45,161 nt of DNA from Catajapyx aquilonaris (Eukaryota): NCBI GenBank assembly GCA_000934665.2, contig JYFJ02003193.1:1-45161 (forward strand), read 5' to 3'. Within the stretch, counting starts at the first letter, position 1. Each line of letters begins with the position of its first letter. Positions 32,201-45,161 of the stretch are shown piece by piece. The position numbers and the translations under genes are program-made. Under the pieces are notes generated by a model. It did no database searches. It was given only the letters and a program-made list of their open reading frames with translations, and was not told where the DNA came from.

Positions 32201-35200
32201 AACAACAAGATAAATTACTCATTTGCTCCAAGGGCCCTATTTATTGCTTTCAGGCCTTGAAGACACCGGCAATCTATTAGGGAATAGCGTGGCTGTAAGT
32301 AGGAAAGCCAGCAATCTTTGCCAATAACGTTATATCGGGACTTGGGGCCTTGTGTGCCATATCTGAATTCCCGAGATAACCGGGCAGCTACTTTAGCCTA
32401 TAGTACTGGCACAATCAAGTTGCCTTTAACTGGAATTGCTTATACAGTATTTAGTGGTATAGTGTCATCTCCTGACTTAGGTTAGCCTTACAGGCTGAAT
32501 TCCCTACATATGTACTGTACTCATCCATATGTAGGCCTGCTGTACTGTACGTTACGATAAATAATTATTAGTTATGCTTTCGGGTATAGCCTATCAGGAG
32601 TTATAACACTCACTTATTTCTGGTTACACGATTGACAGTTATTGAAGAATGATACCGGTACGATCCAATATAAAATCAGGCGTTCTAAATAATGCAACAT
32701 TTTACCAAAAAGGGCGGGAAGAACTCGTACTAAATGTTAGGGGCGGTTGCATAAGAATGTTAGTGACGAACACGTGACGAACAACCGTTTATTTTATTTA
32801 TCAAGCATTCAACGGGTTTCTGCTGATAAAATGTCGTTGCAATCAAATAGAGAGTGTTACTCTGCCCAAAAAGTGAATTTCGCATAGGCGGCGCGGCGTC
32901 TTTCTATGCTTTGGGCCATCTTTGGGTGGCACTACTCCATCAATATTTGCGTACCGGTATGTATTTTTTACTCCCTACTTCTGTTCCCGTTTTTTGTGCT
33001 TACGCTATATTGTCGTAAAAAGGACTAATTCATCAATTTCATTCTACCATCGTCCCCCCTCGGGCCGTTCACTTGGGAAGAGTACGACTGTACACGACTG
33101 TACAACGCAAGCTGCTTTTCTGAGTCCACACTGTGACCAACACCACATTCTCTTACTCAGAAATACATTCGCTCATTACTACTTCAGCGATTAATGAACT
33201 GTCTATACAGAAAGAATGGAAACCTACCCTATTTCAGTTAATAATTGGATTACTTTTTTTTCTTCAAAAACCTGTAGAGTAAGAGAAGTAATATATTTAA
33301 AATGCAATATTCAGCAGGCAGGGTAATTACAGCATGAGGCACACTTACATTCCACCTTGAAAGCAGAGTCTGGTGTGTGCCTCTTCATTTGAAACCTTTC
33401 ATTGCTTTAGCTTTTTGACCTCTGCTCTTGACCAGTATATAATTTATGTTTCTTTTGAGCAAGGAAAATCAAATGAAGAAATCGGTCAAACTAGTAGGTA
33501 GACACACAGTGAAAAATATTAGCCAATGCAGTAGTGAAAGCTAGTTATACAGTATTTGACCCCGAATACGATGTATACGAGAAACTACAGCAGTGTATTG
33601 CGTGTTGGCTGGTCTATGCAGTTGAACTGCTGTCTTCCAGAATCACTACGGTACCTCATACAACTGCTGTTACTGCCCTAGTTCTTACAGTACAATGGTG
33701 TTGTTAGTAGACAGTAGTGCATGCTGATTATTATCAAGAGTAGGCTTTAGGTGGCATAGCGCAGCGCAACATATACAGTACTACAGTATCCGACAGTACC
33801 ATCACACTGAATGACTCGATAGAACAAGGGCAGAAGTATTGTACACATCAGTGTATTAAAAAGGTGGAGGTGTGGAGGATGAACTTGTTTATGTCAGTTA
33901 ATGGTTTTTGGTTACTAATACCACACACTCACAATAATCCTGCAAGGGCTGTGTCATCAATTAATTATATCTATCACGCTGATTCCATGAACAGGTTCAC
34001 TTTCATTCTAATTTTAATACATTGGGCTTAGTCCCTTGTTTATTTTGGCTTATTTAGCTTTTTTTTTACCTTGTCCCAAAAACTGTACTTGTATAATTTG
34101 CAGCAGCATGCACCGGTGTCGTGAGCAGACGGCAAAAGCAACTGCGACATTTTTTGCTGAAGTAAATTATTACAGTTGCGCTTACGGAACTACAGTATTT
34201 TTGGTAATGCATATTAATAACAACCCCGGGATAATAAACCCCTAGGATTAAAATGTCTGCAAAAAAATAATTTTCCGGGAGAGCGACATGAAGTTTGAAT
34301 TTTCTTAACAAATCATAGGGAATGCTGGTTGTGATCTAGTCCATGTGGCCGTCTCATGCATGATACATGAACTTGGAGTATACCAAACTGTTTGTCATGT
34401 CTTATACATAGTTGCTAGGTGTTTAGGTGAAAAATGACAAAAATGTCAGTTATCATGTTTTTCCCCCATGATATATCCGGATTTGTCGGGAATTGTTTAT
34501 AGAGTGCATGCTGAATCAATCAGCTCTATAGGAGAAAATCTTGAGAATAGGCTCTTTGGAGACATAGCACATGAGCCCTATCTGAACCTAGCAACCAACC
34601 AACCAGCAGTTTTACCACTGTTAGGAGTGTTAGCTCGGACAATATACGTTCGAGAATCTATTCACTGGCCTGCCCTTTACAGTAGAGGAGGGTGGGAGGA
34701 AAGATCAACTAAAAAATCATGTGGTATACTATCGCTGTACTAACGCTTTTCTAACATACCGTATATCCGTATCAGTCAGCCTATATATAGTCGGACCGTG
34801 GAATGACTCAACCACAGAGTCGAAATGCAGGTAGAATAGACACGTTGGATACATGTCATATCATACCAAGCCTTTAAAAAAGGCACTCACCAGGACAGTG
34901 GACACATTCAAAGCGGAGGCCCTTGTCGTTGTGGTTTGTGTATCAGGAAGAAGGGTAGCCTAATTACAGAAGGGAATGGGGAAAAATAACAAGTTGGGGA
35001 GCAACTCGTTCCGTCCATGACAGTGTAATGCTGGTGATGAGAGTTCATGCGAGTGTGACAGTCAGCTGTGGAGAGAACCCGTACCAACAAATGAATTGCC
35101 AGCTTTGTGGTTTACCACTCGCGGAAGTAAAAAATTGTCCGCAATAAAATCAGGCGGGCACATGCACACATCACTATGACTATAGGAAAATGTTTCCACT

Positions 35201-35835
35201 CTTTTACGTGCCATTTGTATAGTGTTTTACAATCATGAGGTCTGGTGTTACTAGTTTTTCCTGAATATTTAACGAAATCCAACAAAAGCATACCGTACCA
35301 GTATACATATACCACACACCATTAGCCTTGAACCATGAACATTATTGTGATTAACAATAGTGTGTTGAAGGTCACGTATGAAAACAGAATATTGAAGAGG
35401 CGAATACTTTCTTCCATATCAAATAACACTTAAGTTATGTATTCATATCGATGCATCTTATCGTGATCTAATTCCAGATGTGAAAATGTCACTATTTAAT
35501 TGAATATTAGTTATGTTGCCTAAGCGGCCTAACAACCCGAATATGAACGAGCTGTTAAATATTAACTAGTATAGAGTGTGACGATACCCAGCTCTATTCA
35601 TGTTCATTCGTACATTGTAAGCCTACCGCATTGTCCTACATAATGTGTCCGATATTCCAGCATGGCATAGCTATTTATTCATGCAAGGGGGCATGTTAAA
35701 AATGGTTATTATATGGATGGGAAATTAGGTTACAAGCCTGATCACAACAGCTTGTGCACTGATCACGGAATGCTAAAACCAACATTTACATCACTAAAAG
35801 ACCCTTTATGTAAGAGTCTCTAAAGATGCCTCTAT

Positions 35836-35912
<77 letters not shown>
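35836..35912. repeat. (TAA)n microsatellite
   Basis: Direct reading. Confidence 0.95.
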
Positions 35913-35916
<4 letters not shown>

Positions 35917-38622
35917 AATAATGCGGATGAGGTCTTCCGTGTATATAAGAGTGTGAACAGCCTTTCCACTGAACTAGCGAAGTGAAGAACCTCATTCCCT
36001 AGTTCTCTCCAACCACCAAAGTTATGGCCCTGACCACACCCACATTTCCGTATCCATCCCGCGAAATACTGCCATTTCTTGCGGTGTATCTCGTTTCCAT
36101 CGGAATATTTCCGCGAGATTGTGCGGAGCAAGTAAGAGGTGGCAATATGAAGAAGCCATCATTCCGGGTATATATAAGCTCTTTTCCCACGTTTATCTTA
36201 ATGGCTTTATCTTGTAAGCGACGGCTCTGCATGCTTCTTGCATTCAAATGGAGGAGGCAGGAAGTGGAAACACATTGCCAAGTATAATGAGACTCGGCTA
36301 CCGTATAATATCGTTTCTGCCCAAATTCAAACTCTTTTCGGTAAGAATTTATTCTCCAGACCCTCACTTGCAAAAAGGATCATAAATAAAGAGCAGTTAT
36401 TGGTACATATTTTTGTAATGTATTCCGGTTCAATACACATAATTTTGAAACTGGTGACGTCAGATTTTTGTAGTAAGAACATATGTGACGAAAGTTTAGT
36501 GCGTTTGTGGTGGTGAATTGCGGGCTACTCCGCTTAGATGACTTGGAGGACTCAATTTGGAAACTAGGAAGGCAGTTTGGCGGGACAAAGAGGGTAGGCA
36601 AAGAAAATGGGCAAGGAAGAGCAATGTTTCATTCGTGTTGTAACCATAGCGACGAGAATTTCTGAGATACCAAGTATATCTCCGGAGGCTTGGCAAACAA
36701 TGACAAGCTTTTGCCTTACTCGTGGCTTGGAGAGAAGAGACGAGTATAGAGGAGGAGAGAGAGAGAGAGAGAGCGTGCTTTGGTATAGTGGGGTTGGGAA
36801 TACTGTAAGAGGAGCTTCCAGAAATGCCTCCCACTTTTGGATCGAGATAAGGAAGAGAGAACTCGGGGAATTAGGGAAGAGGTGGGGTGGGCCACAGGAA
36901 GACCTTTCGGAGGTCTCCTCACCTGTTTAATCGGGGTAACTTGGTCCAAACTCTTACGGAGATAACCCGGCGTACACACTCAACCTCCCAATTCCCTCCT
37001 TAAAACTCGGGTCTATATTCAGAACAGTTTCGGGATTGCTCTAGCCTTGACAGCCTGGCTTCTACAAGGTGGAGAATCTGATGCAGTGCGTTATCTCCCA
37101 TTTGTGTCCAATTGCCGCCGGAATATTTGGGAGCCAAACCTATCAGATGTATGGGAAAATCACCTGACGGCGGAATTGGTTTTATTAGCCTTTTCGAACG
37201 AGCCAAACTTTTGGTGTCGGGTTGGGAAGAAAAAAAATTCGATTATATTTATTAGTGTCCCCTGGCAGATTCAACATGCTTCTTCCGGAAAGTACCCAAT
37301 CTAGCGATCCTCCTACTTTTAATGATATTGACGCAGTTTCGAGGCCATTTCGAGGCGTTGCGGTCGAATCAGGAAAGCTATAGAACTGCACAGAAAAAGT
37401 ATGGGGAAACTGAACTAACCTCTGTTTTATTCCCACTCCAAATTATATCACGACATACACAAGTAAGTCTTGTTAACATCCAGCTGCATTTACGAGTAAC
37501 TAGCTGCCATCATAGTGTATGAACTCAGTCAATCATAGTGTACTGTACTGAAAGTATTGCATCGAGCCTTTTGGAAAAGTTCACGTGGGTAAATAGTGAA
37601 AAAACCTGCAACTTCATGTCCCAGCTAATTTGGACTTAATATAACACCTGAAAACCAGATAACATGCAAATAAATAAGATTGCAACTAGAGGAATAAGGG
37701 GAACATAACAAATATGTAATGAGAAAATGCTTTCATATTTTTCTTTAGGTCACAGAGCGTGACATGCCACGTCCGTGGCTTGTCCCGACCTTCACTTTCG
37801 TAGTTTTGTCAATTTTTGTGCAAGGCATAATGTTATTTCACGTTTTATATTAGAGTAATGGAGAAAGGAATGCTGAAGCTATCCTGCATTCTTTGTCCTG
37901 AAGTTCCTAATTGCATAGATTTTATTGCAAAAGTAATTTTGTTCCAAGGTTTCTCGTCACGTCCGTGGACAAAAACAAAAACTGCTATAAAATCATCCAG
38001 GAAGCAGCAATGTGCAGGATTTTTGTCATTTTGCTTGCTGATGCAGCCATATTGAGAAGCTGAATCAAAAACCTGTTGGGTTGGTTGCTTGAAGGCGTGT
38101 AATTCTGCTCTAAACGTCAGATTTAGTGAAGTGTCGAGATCAGTGCGTCACGTCTTTGGCACCTGGTAAATATAGGTAAGTAGTTCAAAAATCAAGTTTT
38201 GCTCAAGTACGTGTGACCTGAAAGTTTGTAACCTAAACTTACCACGTTTTACGTGGAATAAGAGCGAGTTTGTCACGTCCGTGGACACTACCCATCCACA
38301 GGCGCCCCTAGGCAGGGTCAGATGTTCAAGGCGGACATGATTTTAATAACCTATTTGAATGTCTTGGACCATACCATGTTTCTAATGCACTCATAGCTGT
38401 ACACTATACTTATTGTCAGATGTAAGCATACGGACAGGTCTCGAGTATACTCTGAATTTCCACATTTCTTGTTTCATTGCAATTGAAGCGGTTTGAAGTA
38501 AGTTATTACTTACATTTCTATTGCGAACTGTGCTAGCCACTTGGTTCGGTTCTACACCCTGTGCCACACTTAGTTCGTCAAGGTCAAGTAGACTCTGTAT
38601 TCTTAACTGTGTGTATACAGCT

Positions 38623-38845
38623 ACCGAAGCAGGTTGGCATAGTGGATAGGGCGTCCGCCTGCTAATCGGGAGGCCCTGGGTTCGAATCCCGGGGCCGGCA
38701 ACCCTGAGCGTGGTTTTCCACGGTCTTCCTAGGATAATTCCGGGGTTGTTTCCATATAATAGGCCACAGCCGCTTCCTTCCTTCCCTATCCTTGGAGGTT
38801 GAAAGGCAATGCTGGGCCAACCTCCTTAATATCAATAATAAAGTA
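38623..38845 (+). mobile_element. tRNA-derived SINE, family E
   Basis: A box TGGCATAGTGG, B box GGTTCGAATCC, core GGCCACAGCCGCTTCCTTCC, 15-bp TSD TGTGTGTATACAGCT (38608-38622, 38846-38860). Confidence 0.92.
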
Positions 38846-40266
38846 TGTGTGTATACAGCTGTAGATACAGCATTTTTATAGTTCATTTTTAAAATGTGAA
38901 ATATAAGTCTACGATCTCGCCCGTTATTTTTGTGGGAACACCAGAGATAATAACTATTTTTATTTATGAAATTGCACCTTTTTTCACTATTGACCCGCAT
39001 ACCCTGCAACAATGGTCACGTTTCAAATTCCCACTTTGATTTCCCACTTTATTTGAGATGATCCAAACCTCAGTTGATATTGAAATTGAAACCTTGCCCA
39101 TACTAAGATTGCCATTTGCGTCAAAGGGTGAGGATAGAATAATACATTCTATCCTCACCCTTCGACCTGGCTGGCTGGCTAGTGATGGATAAAAATAAAG
39201 TGACATGAAGTATCCTGGAAATATAATATAAAGTCCCATTAACCTAAACCCTTCCAAATTGGGTGGAGGAGAAGGGATGAAGGCATCAGGTTTGGAAGAG
39301 GGTGAAAGAGGGTGGGAAATCTTGACTGCGCTGAGCATTAAAGTCTGTTTGATGCCCAACCTTTTCTGTAGACTCAGATTAAATGTTCACGGCCAAAATA
39401 ATGGATAGGTCTCTAGGCGTCGAAGGCTCTATCAAAGAGCCAACTTCTTAATGGATTTTTCGAGTTTGGAAAAGAGGTGCAACTTTGTCACTCGATGCGC
39501 TTTTAAATAAGTAAATGAAGCCTTCAGAAAAAAAAGGTGCAGCGTGTCGTGACAGGAATTTCTTAACGGTTTCAGAACTCATCGGCATAACGACTCCATG
39601 TGAACCCCTCTCGAGATGAAAAGTAAAAGATACTGTAGCAGTAATCTGCATTGCTTGCAGTCAGAAGCCCATTATAGTGTATGTCCCGAAGGAGGTGCTG
39701 AAGCTGGGTGGTTGGATGAAGCAACTTGTTGGCTGGGAAATTGGGCGCAAGTGTATAGGTGGGATTGCAGCTTTGCAAGCGGCAACGTTCCTGAGGCTGG
39801 ATGGCAGCAGAATGGATCCGATCGTTTCCCCTTTATTCGCCGTCTTCCTTCCCTTAGAGGAAACAACCTGAATGAAGGAATTAAGCTCGTTCTTGGCGCA
39901 TTGCAGCCGATTGATATCCGAAAAGCCCTGCAGGGTGTCTGGGACAAGAGGAAGAGAAGCCCGCAGAATGGAGACCAATCTGGAGGACTTGGCTTTCATG
40001 CGCACTGCTAAGGACTCGCATCTGTCTCACTAACCCCTAACTTCCTTCATGTTTCCAACGGAATAAATCGAGTGCGCCCCCACCACATTCCTTTCCTGCT
40101 GCAAACGATTCCGCTCCTATTCAACCTGCTTAGATCCGGTTATTCAGCTGAGATTACTCATGTATTCAGATACTGAACACGGCAAGCTTTGCCGCTATAA
40201 TAATTTAAGCTCCTAAGTTTTTAAATAACCTGCACGGTAGTGTCTTATTACCTCCCCCCCCCCCCN

Positions 40267-40370
40267 AATCGACAAACTCGATTGACGTCAAAATGACGTC
40301 GCCAATTCTCCTCGCCCTGCCCTGGTCATCATTGGCGACGTCATTTTGACGTCAATCGAGTTTGTCGATT
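40267..40370. repeat. Perfect 40-bp inverted repeat abutting an N gap (probable MITE core)
   Basis: aatcgacaaactcgattgacgtcaaaatgacgtcgccaat (40267-40306) with its exact reverse complement at 40331-40370. Confidence 0.9.
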
Positions 40371-43300
40371 GCGAGTGACCTGGATGAGTATACGCCTCAT
40401 GGAACAGTGAGAGAAGTAAGGATGGAGTTGACGACACATGTGGGGCTGTGTAACTAAGCTCCAAGCCCGGAACCATCCGGATTGTACTGAAAAGAGTTTG
40501 GGAGGCGGGGGAGGGAAGGGGGAGCTGGGCGTAATAATTATAGAGGCTCCCATTTTCCAGTTGCATGAAACAAGTCCCCGGCTCCCATTTCAGATTTCCC
40601 ATCTCGGCGATCTGGAGCATCCCCCAGAGCTGCTCAGTTCCACGGCATGTCCCAAATCTGTGGCTGAGGGAAAAACCAGGCTGTGCCACGATGACACTGT
40701 AGCTCCACCACACTTGCATGGAGAGCGGGGGAAAGTGAAGCAGAGGGGGAGGAAACTGGGGGGGAAACGTCTCTTGGGAGGTGTCAGCAGCTTTGGAATT
40801 GCTCCTTGACGCATCTGTCCAGGTAGATCACCTGGATGAAGAATTTGCCACCCAGGACGTGAGCAGAAAATAATGAAATTCCCTTTATAACACTGGTTTC
40901 ACTGTAAGTTACCACTATACTGCAAAGCTGGCCATTTCAGCTATTCTTTTTTAACAGTGTTTAAATTTAACTCCCCATTGTATCACGTGTAATACTAATA
41001 GTAATTTGCCAAAAAAAATATTGGTTCATCGAGGCAGGTGCAGAAATCATATTCGTAATATCAGCCTGTCCAATGATTGGGAATGTTTGCCTGAGCCGAT
41101 AAATGCGACAAATGTAGGACACACAGCATGTGTGTGAGCTTCGGAAGCAAGGGATTTTCGTGTTCAATCCCCCCAAATACCAGCCTCCTGCAAATTGCAT
41201 ATTTGCACTGTATTTTCAATTTTCCGTATAGGAGAACCACTGAACCTCCATCAGAAATCGGTTACCTTTTTCCGTGCATTTTATATCGCTACAATGGGCG
41301 TAGGAGGATGGCAAGATATGTATGGATTGATCTCTGACAACACCCCGCAAAGTGAAGTCTTGGCTGCAAAGACAGTATATTCGGAAGGTGTCGTAATATT
41401 GCACTGAAATAGTGCGCTAGCGTTGTGGGTTAAGGCCACTGCAGCTTATCAGATTGCCCGTGTTGTGTTTTTCAGGTCAACATTGGGCTTTTGTTTACTA
41501 CTGGTGTTATGCAAATAAGATATGTCCAATTCCGCTGAACAAGGTTGATACCAGCAATGCATTACCACTGGCTATGTATACGGGCATGTTTGCATAACCC
41601 GACCATGTGTGCACTCGATGCGATGGCATCTTCTTTAAAGTAGGAATGTAGGTTTCATTGCTGCATTAGATAATACTCGACGCAATTATTCCGATAACTT
41701 ACATATACGGTACCGGTAGTGTAAATGTGAGTGAGTGAGTGAGTGAGTGAGAGCACTTTCATAACTCCAATCAAATATGCATAAAGTACCTGAATGATTT
41801 ATACCTCATACTGACTCTCTGAGAGAAGGCGGGGGGATACACATAAGTTTCTATCTAACTTTTCTGAAGTAATACCCAATTACCTTCTCCCCTCGAAGAC
41901 ACAGATTAATAATCCCTAATCAATTCTACCCAAGAAAACTTTTACAAACACCCCGGCACCAAAATATACATTTTCACAATTAACTTTTCCAAAATTTCTG
42001 AGGGCTGGGAACCCCCTGGGATTTCTCCTGACAGAATTTTAAGCTGCGAGGGGAGGTGCTTTATAACATTCTGAATAAAATCTGAGTCCCATCGCATCGC
42101 GCGCTCTTAAAATAATAGTGTACAGTACAGTATCGCATTACAGCATCAGGTATACCTGAAATGGAACGTAAGGGTATAGCGATATCATTCTGTAATATTT
42201 CATAGTTGCCATACTGTATATAGGTAGGAGAGCAAATTGCGAATCAAAAACGTTACAAGCGTGGAGGGGGGTAAAAACCCGAGGAGATTAGTCTCAAGTT
42301 ACCTCTCGTCTCCTTTTGCATCCTTGGGGTCCCCTCTGCCATTTAATTTATTGAAAGCTAGGACTAATCGAGTCTGGCTTGAATTATGCAAAACACGGAG
42401 GGGGAAGTGTCATTGAAGGCGCATGACAACCTTGGGGAAAGAGAAGAGCAACTTTGATGTGCAAAATACTGCAGATTAAAAGGGCAGTGTGGAAAGATGG
42501 CCATGAAGAGCAAAAACACTCTCGCTTAACTAGATAGCCTCTTTATTTTTGCTCTTTTATGGCCTCGTTTTATCAGCACACTTGTTTGAGCTTCCGCACT
42601 CTAAGAATCGTTTGGCGGTAAAGTTTGAGCACGTCAACGAAGTACTCTTATTGCATTATTCGTTACTTCTTGAATGATCCGAGATTCAAAATTTCCCTCT
42701 TTCATATCAGAGCGTCGTACGTAAACAATTTGGCGGCCTCTCTAACCGGAGATTGAATCGACACTGTAGGGAGTTAATAAGCAATGGGTTGAAATTGCGG
42801 GGCAGTTAGCACTAAATTGTATTTTGGGAGCTGGGCTGCAGTTGTAGTGCAGGCTGAGAAGACGCCTAATGCGTCCACTTTCGCTTTCGGAAAGGGGGAA
42901 AAGGCAATATAATAAATTTTAAAGAGTGAGAATGTAAGCAGTGGAGTTGAAGAAGGGGGGATCCCAACAGCTAGATCACGTCGCAGGCTGGCAGTCATGC
43001 AGCAGCAGCCCAGCCCAGCGCCAGGATTTTCCATGGAAAAGCCAGTTGTATTGGAAGCAGGGAATACAGAGTGGATGTGGAGTGTGCAGAGTTTGGCCTG
43101 CTGAATCCCATCATTATTCCACATCCTCCTGTGGGCAAAGGGAATCGAAAATCGTTGCCTGAGAAATCAGAGTCAAGCATCTGACCTATACCTAGACTAG
43201 CCTACACTCTTCCTTCCTCTCCTTCGCGGCTATGACGCAAATCAACATTAGCAGTCCACTTGCGTTTCATCCACTACAGCTCACTAGTGCACTATTGACA

Positions 43301-44870
43301 GACTTTCCTCAATCGCTTTAATCACATAATATGCATATACTGATGTACTCTGCAATAAGTAAAGTCTGCATGGACAATACTCAGGAGAGGCTGTTAAGCA
43401 GATATGAGAGATTATAATTATCATCATCCTAATATGAAAATGATACAAGGCTATATAGGATGAATATTGTGGAGGAAGGTTGAGGATAAAGTGTTGAAAC
43501 AAATTATTGTGTGCTAGGCGCAGTTCTACTATAGAGCGGTAGAAAAGGCGGTGGTCTGGTGGAAGAGGCTAATCCCACGTGCAGAGTGAATTAAGGAAGG
43601 TGGGCTTTAGTTCTGGGTCCCCCGGACGTGTTTGTTGTCACCATTAGCTCTTATTCCATGGTGCATCCGGTGGAAGGGTACAAGGGCCGGAAGGATCTCG
43701 TCCTCCATCTTGCTTGTCGTTTCATTATCCCAATGGCCACCAGCTGCCTCTCGCCTTCCTTCCTATTACTCGCCCTCCACTTTCATCTTTTCCGAAGCTA
43801 ATTAGCAGGCAAATGTTGTAGAAGGGAAATTAACTTAATCTGATTCTCTCGGATTATGGGAGTTTGGCAGAGTGGGGCCCTGCAACTAGCTTAGCCTTGC
43901 TTCCCACACCGGACTCGAACAAATGGCGACGCCTTCTCAATTTACCCCTCCAGCTGCTCTGGACTTGCTTCATTTACGCCGCATTAATAGACGCTCGCAG
44001 GTGTTTCACCTATTTCCCGCCAACTGTTTACAACTTACTCGGCATGCTCGATTTCGATAACAGGCCATATACTTACTACACCGGTGTATATAGGCATCAA
44101 CCTATGAGGAGCTAACCAGCTCAGCTCTTCAGTATACTGCGTAAGCAAACTGCTCCAATACATCATCAGTCTGCAGATGACAAAGGAGTGAAACCAGTGT
44201 TGTCGTAGATCTGAATCTGAATGGTCTTGCTGCAGGAAAATGAAGGACCCCGTAACAGTATCGTTCACCAATATTTAAAATGACTGCCACAGTCATTTGA
44301 CAACATTGAACTTCGGCTGAGTACCTTCATTTTAATCAGTTGCAGCAGAATGGGTAGCATTAAGAAATGCTCTATTCGAGCATCTGCTCCAGTTTCTATG
44401 AATGTTTCAGAGCACATTCTTATAAATCTCAAGTCGCATAATTGGATGGAATTAAGTGGAAGATACCCTGAGTCGAAGTGGAAGTCCAGATTATGGAACA
44501 AACTTTAAATAATACTCAAACCCCGTGAGGGTCTACATCCGTGTGTACTGTGCAGTACTTCTCTTGCTATAGAAAGAGAAGAGTAGGCTATTAATATTGT
44601 TATCATTGGTTTTGATATCGATTATATTCCATTTTCTTGTTAGGACGGGGAGGACTCTATTCTCAGTAAAACGAATCCGACCGGATTGTGCTTGGAATTA
44701 ATTGTCGTTTATAGTTTTTGTCACTAAAATTAATAACAAACCCAATCAGGTCGGGTTGGCTTATATTCGGTGCTCCGTGCTCCCCACCCTTATAGTTGTA
44801 ATAATTTTCTTTAGAGAATGTGTTCTTTCCTATAGACCGCTTCAAAATTTGAAGAAGTTGCTAAACTATA

Positions 44871-45161
44871 CAGGGTGTTCATGAAAAACACCGACAAACT
44901 GATACCAGTGGCCCATGATAACGTGAGGGTCATTTTATGTAGAGGAGTCATTATGTCTACACCGCCTCATTACTGAGATAATTGACTCGTTGCTGATTAG
45001 CGATTTTTGCCTAATCGCTCCTTCTGACTTTTAAATAGAATTTACAGGTGTAACTAGCCATAGAGGCCCTTACCAAAATTTAACATAGCCGCGAGCTTGC
45101 CGCTAGGTCGCCAGAAGCTGGCGAGCTCGCCTCAGGATAGCCGCCACGTCGCGGGACCTCG
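44871..45161. mobile_element. Left end of a probable Tc1/mariner MITE, cut by the window edge
   Basis: TA|CAGGGTGTTC terminus like other elements in the window. The partner TIR is not visible. Confidence 0.5.

Noticed and set aside
39616..40814. Several 110-143 aa ORFs in GC-richer DNA
   Set aside because: No recognisable protein motifs. Open frames on both strands are consistent with base composition.

Overview
Eukaryotic (invertebrate, probably arthropod; this is an inference from repeat content) genomic DNA with four short N gaps next to poly-C/G runs. The only supportable host gene is the 3' part of a spliced acyl-CoA dehydrogenase on the + strand. It has four GT-AG exons (8110-8269, 8329-8468, 11301-11496, 14566-14810), 246 aa to the stop, and an LCAD/IVD-type catalytic layout. 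Its 5' exons were not found and probably lie upstream of the window. Positions 1-19.8 kb are densely packed with nested transposons: at least five tRNA-derived SINE families with clear TSDs, Tc1/mariner MITEs and transposase relics, two oppositely oriented ISL2EU/Harbinger-like elements with a THAP stub, foldback MITEs, a truncated LINE, and a frameshifted Helitron/Helentron (CxxC + DUF6570-like) relic. The 20-45 kb half is mostly non-coding, with an RTE LINE 3' end, a possible solo LTR, a hAT-like element, a SINE and isolated hairpins. The most interesting observations are a structurally covarying 3' stem-loop shared by several SINE families and an orphan retroelement end, SINE module swapping, a V-SINE-like domain, many probable Tc1/mariner excision footprints (TACAGTA/TACTGTA), and long intronic inverted repeats. 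No convincing new protein-coding system was seen.
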